Below are positions 10,827 through 22,197 of a stretch of 64,000 bases of DNA, piece by piece (the stretch's first letter is position 1; each line of letters opens with the position of its first letter). The notes under the pieces were generated by a model. That model saw nothing but the letters and a program-made list of their open reading frames with translations, made no database searches and had not been told where the DNA came from. The stretch comes from Octopus vulgaris (lineage: Eukaryota). The stretch spans positions 27,466,001-27,530,000 of the forward strand of contig OX597820.1 in NCBI GenBank assembly GCA_951406725.2, written 5' to 3'. A program made the translations under genes and the position numbers.

Positions 10827-11929
10827 TTAGGGAGCAGTTTTTGGCTGGAGGTGTGGTTGCACTGTTGGATAGGGTTGTAGTTTCCACTTTTGTTGTTGTT
10901 GTTTTTGTGTCTTCCTGAAAAGACTGGACCAGCATTACTGCAGCATGGTCTGTTTCTATTTTTATTGTTATTCAGGTTTGTGTGTTGGCTTGAGGCCCCG
11001 TTTCTGTTTGTGCGTCGGGTCCCTGGAAGATGAGTGAAGGGACAGTCACTCAGTAGACATGTTCTCTCACGTTGGGAATACCGGCAGATTTTGGGACTCC
11101 GAGTTGTGTGTGTTTTGAATTTCGATTTACTATTTGGTGGTGTTGATGTTATTGTGGGATGCGTGCTTTGGCCTTGGCCGGTAGTGCGTCTAGTGCCGGG
11201 TAGATGCGTGAAGATGCAGTCACTATTTGTGCAGAGTCTCTGGCGCAGTGAATAGCGGCATATTTGGGGATTTCTTGTTTGTGCCGTGGGGGGCGCATTC
11301 TGCTTCCTATGTTTCTTTCAGTTTTTGTTACTGCAGTAGTATTGAGGTGGTGATGTGGGGGAAGAGGGCAGTGGTTTCTTATTTGGTTTTCTGTTGGTAT
11401 TTTTGGTGATAGAAGACGATGGTGGCAGCGGTGGTGATGATGATGATGATAATTGTGGTGGTTGCTGTGAGAGCGGTGAAAAGATACTGGCATTTAGTGA
11501 ATCGTCTAGTAAGCTAGAGTTGAGGAGTGGCTGTTGTTGTTCTTGTTGCTGTGGCTGTTGTTGTTGTTGTTGTGCCTGACCGATGTCAGGGTCAGCCATT
11601 GTGCTGGGAACCAGGAGTGGCTCATTCTGTTGTTGTTGTTGTTGTGGCTGCTGATTTTCTAGCTGTTGTTGTTCTTGAACTGTGAAAATATGTAGAAGCT
11701 TTTCATAATGGCCTCTTATCAGTTTGAAAGATACTTCGATATGTTTCAACTTGCTACGAATCTATTTGACGGATCGTGTGTTGACCACTTGTGATGTTTT
11801 TTCGGCAATCTCATTCAAACACAAGACATTTAGATTTTCTGTTTGGGAAAGAGAGAGCCATGTGTTTATTAAAACATCAATTTCGTTATCAGACCAATTT
11901 CGTCTGTTGCAGGCCTGCAAGTTAGTCAT
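10700..11929 (-). pseudogene. LINE ORF1 (409 codons): Myb/SANT-like N-terminus, Q/S/P-rich linker, two CCCH zinc fingers; two in-frame stops
   Basis: ATG 11929 to TAA 10700-10702 in one frame, with TAG at 11762-11764 and TGA at 11318-11320. Motifs: RRNWSDNEIDVLINTW...TRSVK*IRSKLKHI, ICRYSLRQRLCTNSDCIFTHLPGTRR and ICRYSQRERTCLLSDCPFTHLPGTRR. Confidence 0.85.
10791..10814 (-). promoter_or_regulatory. Candidate -1 ribosomal frameshift signal (U UUU UUA + hairpin)
   Basis: Heptamer TTTTTTA (10814-10808) is in X XXY YYZ phase with ORF1 and is followed by the stem-loop gccatgt-tga-acatggc. ORF2 is the -1 frame and opens 4 codons upstream. Confidence 0.6.
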
Positions 11930-12409
11930 GTTTGTTTTTCTTTTGTTTGTTTTCCTTTTGATTTTTGAAAATATATATATTCTTTCTTGGGAGTTAAAGA
12001 AGTGTATATATATGTAAATGTTCTCTCTTAAGGGTGTGAGTTTTTGATTATTTGGTTGTTTGAGGATATTAAAAGAAAAACAGGTGTATATAACAATTTG
12101 TAGTTAAATGAAAACGTACTTACGGGTTTGTAGGCAAACACGTGGTTACAAATATATATTTAAGGTCAGTTAGTTTTGAAGCTGTGTAGCTTGCTACTGA
12201 CTCGGGAGAGAAACAAATAGACGTCCGTCCAGTTCAACAGTTAATCCACATATATATATATATATAGTTGAATATATATATATATAGAAAGAATGAGAGA
12301 GAGAGAGAGAGATGGGGAGAAAGAGAGTGAGGGAGAGCGGAGACTGTTGGTGTTTGCATGCATGTTTGTGTGTGTATAGCCTTTCAGAGAACTAAAAGTT
12401 GAAATACAT

Positions 12410-12700
12410 TCAGGGTAAATAAAGAATTGGAGACAGTTTAAACAATTGAAGTTGCCAACGTGTTTTCACAAAGTTTGTCGAATCACTAATATTGGTGATA
12501 ATTTCCAACTCTATTAAGATGTCTATAAGCTCTATTTTTTTTCTTTAACCACAATAGGTGGAAAGGATATCTTCGTTTTTAACTCGGCCTTTTCATAACT
12601 CGTCCTCCTCTTATTCAGAACATAGCACGTAAGTTTTTGAGAAGTATAGATTTCGTATATTGATTTTATTAGAGACACTATTTCCGATTTTTCTTTATAT
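12410..12700 (-). mobile_element. Degenerate Penelope-like 3' remnant
   Basis: Minus frame IYEIYTSQKLTCYVLNKRR resembles the LNKR terminus after the GIY-YIG domain of PLEs. Confidence 0.35.
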
Positions 12701-12865
12701 ATATTATTTTATATTTGCATTTGTTGATCGATGTTTATGTGCAAACTACACGCAATTAGCACATTTGTTTGCTCATCTATACGTATTTTGCTTCTGTAAT
12801 TTTACTGATATAGAAATATAGTTAACTTTACACAAATACACACACAGATATATATATATATACAC

Positions 12866-12919
<54 letters not shown>

Positions 12920-13565
12920 CATGCATATATGCGTGTGTGTATATTCATATACATATGTGTGTGTATTTATCATGGCGCATATACACACGTACAAATTCAT
13001 TTATACAAACATACAAACGCAGATACATATTTGAAAAGAGTGGAGTCAGCAAGGAGTAAGTTTGGACATTTACTTTTCATTCACTACAATTGTTTCTACG
13101 CAACTTGGTCCCCCAGGCGTTCAGGTACTTGATTGAGCAACTGTTTCTCTGCATTATGTGATCTAGTTGTGTTTCCTCAGGCGAAACGTAAATATTTTCC
13201 CCGTAAATTCAAAATGCTTGGCTTCAAGAACATCATTCTGTCTGTCGTGGCCTGAATTTAGTAGCAGTCACTGGGCTTATCTGAGGTGTGTTGTTACTGA
13301 AGGACCGTTAGCAAACTGCTTAGAATGCGTAGATGTTGTGGGATGGTGATTCTGCCACTGTTAAAGTGGTTGCTATTTTAAAGGGATTGGCATTTAATTT
13401 CTTTGTACTGTTGATTTGTCCTTCATGGTTGTTTATATATGCACTCGTCCTTAGCTGACCTTTAAGATTCGGTCTATACGTACAGACAGCACAGGGTAAA
13501 TTCGAAGTTTTATACTGTATTCTACAGCATTCTAAACAGAATATACCATAACTATATATGCATAT

Positions 13566-13629
<64 letters not shown>

Positions 13630-13640
13630 TGATATATATG

Positions 13641-14036
13641 AAAATAAGTCAAAAATAGAAAATGCTAAGATAATTTTATAGTGAATCTTTCAGTTTGGTC
13701 ATTTTGAGATTTTCAACTGTAACGATTAAATAATTAAATTTAGAAAAATTAGAAGAAAAGTTTTTTTAAAGGAATATTTCTATAGTAGTGTTCAGATATA
13801 GTAGCATTCTGCCTTTCTCTGACTCCCTTGTTTGCACTTGTGTGAGTCAGAGATAGGCAGAATGCTACATATCTGAACACTACTATAGAAATATTCCTTT
13901 AAAAAAACTTTTCTTCTAATTTTTCTAAATTTAATTATTTAATCGTTACAGTTGAAAAGGTCTCAAAATGACCGAAACCGGTACTGAAAGATTCACTATA
14001 AAATTATCTTAGCATTTTCTATTTTTGACTTATTTT
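13641..14036. repeat. Long fold-back inverted repeat (arms ~185 bp, 18-nt loop), probably derived from a Penelope terminus
   Basis: 13641-13825 is the near-perfect reverse complement of 13844-14036; flanked by (TA)n. Confidence 0.95.
13949..13986 (+). ncRNA. Minimal type I hammerhead ribozyme motif, U3:A8 core variant
   Basis: cag-TTGAAAA-ggtc(tcaaaat)gacc-GAAA-ccgg-TA-ctg: stem I cag/ctg, stem II ggtc/gacc, palindromic stem III ACCGGT. Confidence 0.7.
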
Positions 14037-14071
14037 TTCATATATATCAACTCGTGTGTTCCTTTCCATTT

Positions 14072-14120
<49 letters not shown>

Positions 14121-15486
14121 TGTATGTATATATACACTTGGGCAAGTGTCTTTTGTCTCGTACAGGCCAAAGCCTTGTGAGTGGACTTGTTACACGGCAT
14201 ATGAACGAAGCCCGTCATAGATATATATATATTGATTAAATTCTAGATAGGTTCAGAGGTCCTATAATTTATGGGAGAGAAAATTGGATGTGCAAATATT
14301 ATGCAACTGCCGAAGGTATTAACACCTTGCGTCAGGGGAAATATATTAAATTGGTGGCTGAACTGTAGACCGAATGTCGGCGTTACATTCATAGCAATCA
14401 TCGCCATTTCCGGTACGTAGTCTTAGTAATTATTTGTTCATTTTGGCAAGAACCAAAGCCGTATGATCTTTGACATTTACTGAATATCAGGTTAATGTTA
14501 GTGGGAGATCGAAGTCATAGCAGCGAAGCAAATGTCTAAAAATTTCAGAAAATAACATAATAGATTCTTAAACGAAACTTGTTAGGAAACGATTAACTTT
14601 TAAGATGTCAGGAATGCAAGTTTCTCTTGAGAGGTCATTTTGTCCTTCAGGTAATATGTACGCCATTCGGAAGATGGCAAACAGCCGAATAATTCTTATG
14701 TGGTCCGATGTATAACTACAAAGATAAGCTCTTAAAATAGAATCGATCGTTGTTTATTGCTTTGTCTTAAGTCACATGATACTTGCAAGTGTGTTTCACT
14801 GTAGAAGATTTATTACAATTTCCTTGCATCAGGGATAAAAAGGAGACATCATGATAGAAACAGATTTTATTATTTTTTATTTTATGTTCGAAATGACGTT
14901 TCTAAATTTTGACTATCGTTTAAATGGATTATGATTATATTACCTTCAAAAAGAGAGATGAATTTTGCAGAAGTAATTCCGAATGAAAGAAACTATATGA
15001 TATGAAGATAATTCTTTGTAGATTCAAAGGTTTATCTGTTTGTATATTCCGTTGCAGACAATATTTGTAGACACAAAGACGGTGAGATAACAGAGGTAAT
15101 AGCGGAGAAGCGGAATAAATGCTTCAGTTTGCTTTGTATTATTTAGTGAAAATATTAAATACATAGGTGTATACACATATATGCCTACATCTATACATAT
15201 GCATACATATGTATGTATGTTTGTATGTATAGGCATATATGTGTATACACCTATATATATATATACATATATATCTCTTAAACATTCACATGAAAGATAA
15301 AATGTTGGAACAAATCCAAACGCTATACAACATTTCTTCACTTCTACATTATCACATTCTCTGTTATTATATTCCGTTACAATATGTACAAGTTTTCAAA
15401 AGTCAATAATACACATAATCAAAGAGATATGAGCATGAATAAGTATATAGAGTTATACAAACATATAACCGATGATGCATACACAT

Positions 15487-15556
<70 letters not shown>

Positions 15557-15730
15557 TGTTAAAGGACATGGTTCGTGTGTAATAACAATATTGAAAGAAT
15601 TCAATATGTGCAGAATGTGTCTACAATTTGTTTGGCCGGTGATCGGCATCAATGGACAGACCCATCTAACGAAGATGATTACAATCAAATCTACATCACC
15701 GTGAATATTTTCTTTCCATAAATATGTGAT

Positions 15731-15786
<56 letters not shown>

Positions 15787-16083
15787 AATTTTTTCTTTAC
15801 CTTTGTTCGATTATTGTTCACTCGTTTTACACCGTAAAGTTTTCAAGTCTCCCATAACCGGCACTATATCCAAAATTGATCAAGATCATCTGAATGGGGA
15901 ATGTCAAAGCTTCTGACTCTGTAGAGATGCAGGTATTGAGGGTACAGTGGATTCATTGAAAAGGTGTGCTAAAAGAATTTTCATAATTATTTTTGCAGAT
16001 TTGTTTTCAAATACATTTTTTAAAATTTTGACTCTTTTTCTATATTCATGCCAATGACCTAAATAAAAACTGACACTCCCTGT

Positions 16084-16162
<79 letters not shown>

Positions 16163-16169
16163 CCTTCCT

Positions 16170-18000
16170 ATATTTATCTGTCTACATCTATTTATCTACC
16201 TATCATATATATTTAAACGATAAACTTCTTGAAAGTTTTATAGATTTGTACAGTTCCAGAGACGGGTTGGTTCTGTAGTCTTCGAATTATCTTTCTCCTT
16301 TCTGATTTTGAGAAACGTAATTTCTCAAGATTGTTATTTAGACAGTGTGTTACATATCCCAGGGCCCCAGTAATTGCAGGTATAAATCTGAAGTTGTAAT
16401 TTGGATAGAGTAACTACAGATTTCTCAATAGTTCAGCATAGGTGTCCTCTTTTTTCACTGATCTTCAGCTGGGCGGCTACTTTCCACAGCTGTGCACAAT
16501 TTCTCTTCTCTATCTCAAATTATTATATCTCTTGTGCTTACATTTTATTGAAGTCTTCACTGGTACATTCCACTAGCATTCCCTTTCATTACGAGTAGCT
16601 ATGGCTTCTACCATATTGTAGGTTTTTATTTCTTTGTCCTCGGGATTATCTTCCGAATGATTTCATTATAGAGTGTGCTACCGACAACGTAATGTCTGAT
16701 TGGTAGATAATATCATGATAACATTTTTGGACAAAGGCTTATGATTTGGGTGATATCTTCCCTGTGAACTCCACAAATCTGCATCGGTTGTCATATTTTA
16801 CGGCTTTTCCTGCATCTCTATTCGCTTTGTGCATCAGTTACTTGGTTGATATTTCCTGCTCCTTCAAAGTGGAGGTAGTAATCCGGCTATTGGTCCATGA
16901 CAAACTGCTTTGCTTATCGATGTTACTATCATCACGGAGCTTTCTATTAATATATCCACTCATAGTCTTGTGTTCATATAGGCTCATTCTTTCATCTGAT
17001 GATACGTTGTGGTAGAGTCGCGCAACTTTTCTGGGCATGTATTCTAGGTTATCAGACAAAGAATGTTGCTCAAAGAGTTGCCTTCTAAGTCTTAAGATTT
17101 TATCAGCGTCATGTTTGCAAACTTGGTCAAGGGATAACTTCGGCACTAGGTAGTTAAAAGATGGGAGGGATAGTAATCCATTTTTGGTCCATGACAAACT
17201 GCTTTGTTTATCGATGTTACTAGGTCATCACGGAGCTTTCTACTAATATAGCCACTCATAGTCTTGTGTTCATATAGGCTCATTCTTTCACATCTGATGA
17301 TACGTTGCATCCAATCGCGCAACTTTTTTGGGCACGTATTCTGGTAATCAGACAAAGAATGTTGCTCAAAGAGTTGCCTTCCAAGTCTTAAGATTTTCTT
17401 TATCAGCGTCATATACTTTAGCAAACGTGGTCAAGGGATAGACTTCGGCACTAGGTAGTTAAAAGATGTTGCTGAAGGGATATGATGCAACATTCAAAGG
17501 CATTTTGGATGGATGTTTTAGCCTCTACCGCCTTGTTTTCGTTTTCCTTTGGGACAGTCTATGTCAATGTGGATGTAAATTATGTGTGTATGTATAGTAT
17601 TTTATCGGTATGTATGTATGAATGTATGTATGTGTATGTGTATATATATATATATACATATATACATACATATATCAAGCAGCGGAAATTTTTTGGTATG
17701 ACTACTGGCACTGCAAACACATTGTGTGTCACTGCTTTATTGAATGCATAGAGTTCTGAGTTCCAGATTTTCTTTATTCGGCTGTAATATACTTTAGTTA
17801 CACGTGTTTTGTTTCCAAACAAAACAAAAGCGCAGCAAGCAACTCGAACAAGAACGCTCCCTATATGGTTGTTTGGACATCGTAATTCCTGGATTTTCCT
17901 GAAGATATCTGTAATAGTCCTCGTCAGATACAGAGGAGACAGTAAAATCCTTGATGGAGGTGTTGTTAGTCTGGTTTATAATTTTCCTTCCATTCACAAT
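16170..18000 (-). mobile_element. Degenerate R4/Dong-type (RLE) LINE fragments with internal tandem duplication
   Basis: Minus-frame peptides RIKKIWNSELYAFNKAVTHNVFAVPVV and GYINRKLRDDSNIDKQSSLSW...EQEISTK. Segment ~16880-17162 is repeated at ~17185-17468. Many stops. Confidence 0.7.
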
Positions 18001-18119
18001 TATATAACAACAATGTATGTAACGTATGTATGTATGTATGTATGTATGTATGTATGTATGTATGTATGTATGTATGTATGTATGAATGTATGTATGTGCG
18101 TGTATATATATATACATAT

Positions 18120-18186
<67 letters not shown>

Positions 18187-18187
18187 T

Positions 18188-18243
<56 letters not shown>

Positions 18244-18508
18244 ATAATTCATATGGAGAAAGCAATTCTAGGACACATTTAATTTATATATGGTAGCTTA
18301 CCGGCTTATTTCATCGTGGGAGTATTAGCAAAAATAAAAGTTTTCCCAAAATATTTTATGAAAATTTATTTCTCAGAAAAGGAAAACATAAAAAGAGAAT
18401 ATATGATAAACGATAAACAGGCAGTTACTGAATAAGATAAGGCATTCATAAAGCTTCTCTTGTATATATGTTCAGTCTTTATATGCATACATATATAGAT
18501 ACATCCAT

Positions 18509-18590
<82 letters not shown>

Positions 18591-18617
18591 ATATATATAT
18601 ATATATATGTATATGTG

Positions 18618-18711
<94 letters not shown>

Positions 18712-21034
18712 TGTATGTGTATGTGTGGTGTGGGAGGGTATGTGAAAAATATGAGTGTGAGTGAGTTTGCGAGCTAAATGCTAAGCTTAGTTGTGGAGAA
18801 AGATCAATAATTTACAATGGTGTGATATAAGGCAAAATAGAGTGAATTAAGTTGATCGTTTCAACCAAAATAAATTTTATCAGCTGCTTCATCGGGTCTG
18901 GGTAAATGTTCGACAGAAGTCGGGGTAGAGGAGATGTTTTCAAGCTATTTTAATAGTCTTGTAATCTGGGTAAGTAGGTGAAAGTGTATTAAATGCGTCG
19001 AACATAAAATGCTAATGTATAGTCAAATATGTGGTCAGAAAAAAAAGACAAAATTTAGCTGTTGAGTAACAGAATTTTATTTCTCATTTGTTGGAAAATA
19101 TATAAGAAACAACTCCAGCTATATTGCGAACATATCGAATGAAAGTGTATCCTTTCCGTTCCTTGCCGATGTGCTAGAAACTGAATATTTCATTAAATAA
19201 ATATTAATGTGAAATGGTTTTCGTTGGAAAGATGAATTCTATACAGATTACTTAATCTGATACGGTGCTACAACGATGAATGATAGTTAAATGGATCAAA
19301 GCATTCTGTTGAGGATGGAATGCTTAAAGAGCTAGATCTGGTGCCGATTTACCAATAAAATATTACGTTATTCACGTTACATCGGGGTAAATGATTTAAT
19401 CTTTTTATCTCATGATAATTAATATTAATTTTCCAACCAAAATCGCAGTAAACCATTAAAATAAAAATATAAATTTTATTCAGATGCAAAATATGAAAAC
19501 ATATTTAAAACTTTTTAATCACATTTCAAATGTTTGGGAAACTGGTAATATAAAACTGATTTGAAGATCAATTTTGTGAAATCTAATATATATTAACGTT
19601 TAAATTCTTAACGTGTTTAAACGATATGGTCCAAGTTTGAACCCTTACGGACCATGATGATTTATTGTAAAGACATATGAACATTTTATTACAATTGCAC
19701 GCTTTGCTACCCGTTCTAAGATGTCTGATATAATAGAGTGGAATTCATAATTTCTGATAATAATTCGAAACCGTCTCGTCATTATTGACTTAAAACACAT
19801 GAGTTCACTTAGCCCTGTTGGAAAATACCCCCTTAGATGTTTCGAGCTACACGGGAGATTTATTTCAATAATGATTGGTTCTACATTGTTACTTAACCCG
19901 CTGAATGTAACAACCAAATCTCGTGCAAAATTATGCAGGCCCCTCTCTATCTTAAAGAAAGAGAACGACAAAACTGATACTATAATCTTAGAGTGAAAGG
20001 AACTTGGAATTCATTACATCTGGAAAAGTATTTCAGCAAAAAATTTCTGAGACAGAGCTAACCTGAGAGCTTTACTGAGCGTTGAAGGCATACGCGGCGT
20101 TATAGGAAGTCTTGTCGGCAAGACCTCTATAAGTAAGTCCCAAATAGGTATATGAGTAAGGAGGGGATAATTTACAATTTTAGGCAAACAAGTGATATAT
20201 ACTAGGTTTAAAATATTGGCAAAGATCCAAGCGGCGGGATTGGCGTTTTATCTTGGAAAGATCTAAATATTCCATCTGCCAAATAAAAATCCTCAACATG
20301 TTTTTAATCTTTAAGCCCAAATGGGCTCTGTTCTTGTAAAGTTTCCTGGTAGTTATGTGAATATTCAATTCCTTTTGTTGGTGGCTATTTGTATCTTTGA
20401 ACAAAGCATTTCAATTGACTTCGCTCCAGTCTACGTAGATGTAAATGAGCACCGACTACTTGATGGTGCAGTCCTCACTCCGCAGCTGTCATATTTTTTT
20501 CTTGTCCAGCTGGAGACGAAGATTGTGTCAATGTCTGCTCACGATTATATAGTCACCTAGAATTAGTGAAACATAGTTATACGTTACCAAACCACACTCT
20601 CTCGCAACAGTAATTTAAAGCAAAACCAAAGCTGTTTACAGCCGTGACCATCCCATTATTTATTTTATTCCAAACACGTTATAAAATATGTCTTCATCTA
20701 GTTTTAAGAGGTTTGAGCGTGATTTGGATGGATTTTCCAGTCATTAAAATTACTGCGTAGAATCACTTTCGCTGGCATAAGAGGAGACAATTTAAAACAA
20801 CTGAATACAAAGGAAGTAAAGCAAAGAGAGTGGGAGGAAGAAATACAATGAATGAAAAGAAAATAAAGAAAAGAAAGGAGGAGGACAAGGAGTAATAAGA
20901 AAATAATGTACGATTGAAAGCGATAGAAAGATATGAGCAAAATAATTAGCATGCACACGATTCGTACAGAAGGATATATATATATATATATATATATTAT
21001 ATAATATTTATATATATATATATATATAATAATA

Positions 21035-21081
<47 letters not shown>

Positions 21082-21108
21082 TATAATAGAATAGTTATGG
21101 CTAAGCAT

Positions 21109-21416
21109 TGTGTAGAATATATTGTATAAACGATCGTGGGTAAGACCAGAACAATGCGAAGTAAATAAAAAGCAAATCACAAGAAAACAAATAAATGAAT
21201 TTGTTATATCGCACGTTCGGATGGCGTGCCTTCGCCAATGACGTACATCTACTCCCCTACCGAAATCTCACTTCCGACGACTCGACTTATCAGGACTCGA
21301 CGTCTAGTCTACCAACGACTCCAGCTCGCTCTACGCGACGCTTCTACGACTAGTTATCACGTCCATTATTTATACGTATTGGACTAGCCTAATTATCGCC
21401 TAGGGGCGTCCACACA
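21109..21416 (-). mobile_element. Solo LTR (~308 bp)
   Basis: TGTGTAGA...TCCACACA inverted termini, near-identical 4-bp flanks gcat/gcag, TATA-like tataaat on the minus strand, CpG-rich body. Confidence 0.65.
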
Positions 21417-21420
21417 GCAG

Positions 21421-21591
21421 AATTAATATAGACTTACCTTGCATTCGATATTTCGGGTTTATGACTCCATCCTTAGGAAATTAACGAATGTTGCAGATAT
21501 TCACACACACACACATTTGCAACATTCGTTAATTTCCTGATGATGGGTCATAATCCCGAAATATTGAATGCAAGGTAAGTCTACATTAATT
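21421..21591. repeat. Fold-back inverted repeat (arms ~78 bp) with a hammerhead motif in each arm
   Basis: aattaatatagacttaccttgcattc... pairs with ...gaatgcaaggtaagtctacattaatt around a (CA)n loop. Confidence 0.93.
21534..21568 (+). ncRNA. Minimal type I hammerhead ribozyme motif, canonical C3:G8 core
   Basis: ttc-CTGATGA-t-ggg(tcataat)ccc-GAAA-ta-TT-gaa. The opposite-arm copy (21444-21479, minus) has TC at the cleavage site but a mutated core CTAAGGA. Confidence 0.7.
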
Positions 21592-21979
21592 CAAATATTT
21601 GTATTCTGATGATTTGTCTTGTATTTGCTTTGCATTGTTCTGGCCTTATCCACGATCGTTTATACAATCTATCTATCTATGTATCTATCTACATACATAC
21701 ATACATACATACATACATACATACATACATACATACATACATACATACATGTATGTGGATGTCTATGTCTGCATATGTATGGATGTGAACGTGTATGTGT
21801 GAATACCAGTATATAAGATAGGTTCGTAATTAAAATAATTGGATAGAAGAAGTAGACGTCTTCGTTATTTCTGTCTATGTATTTATCTATTGATATATAC
21901 AGATATGTTTTGTGTGTATATATATACATCGCTACCACGCTCTCTCTCTTTCTTTCGCTATCTATCTATCTACCTACAG

Positions 21980-22197
21980 AAATCAAAATAAGCAACAAGG
22001 ATATCCAGAGGTAATGCAGTACAATCGTTTCATGCAACTCCATTTAGTTGAACGATGCAATAATTACATCAATTTAAAATGCAGAAAACGCAGAGCATGC
22101 TCAGCATTTTAAATTGATGTAATGTTCAATTATATGGAGTTGCATGAAACGATCGTACTGCATTACCTCTGGATATCCTTGCTGTTTATTTTGATTT
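21980..22197. repeat. Fold-back inverted repeat (arms ~95-100 bp)
   Basis: aaatcaaaataagcaacaaggatatccagaggtaatgcagtac... pairs with ...gtactgcattacctctggatatccttgctgtttattttgattt. A related shorter copy lies at ~36745-36836. Confidence 0.92.

Larger units (their letters stand above)
7612..12250 (-). mobile_element. Apparently full-length CR1-group (CR1/L2/Crack/Daphne-type) non-LTR retrotransposon in a (TA)n tract
   Basis: About 320-nt 5' UTR, ORF1, APE-RT ORF2, short 3' UTR ending in a tandem (tatcaaag)2 tail rather than poly-A. (TA)n lies on both sides. Confidence 0.93.

Noticed and set aside
19645-19996. Overlapping 108-aa and 65-aa ORFs in non-repetitive DNA
   Set aside because: No recognisable domain or splice signals; length compatible with chance or decayed TE.
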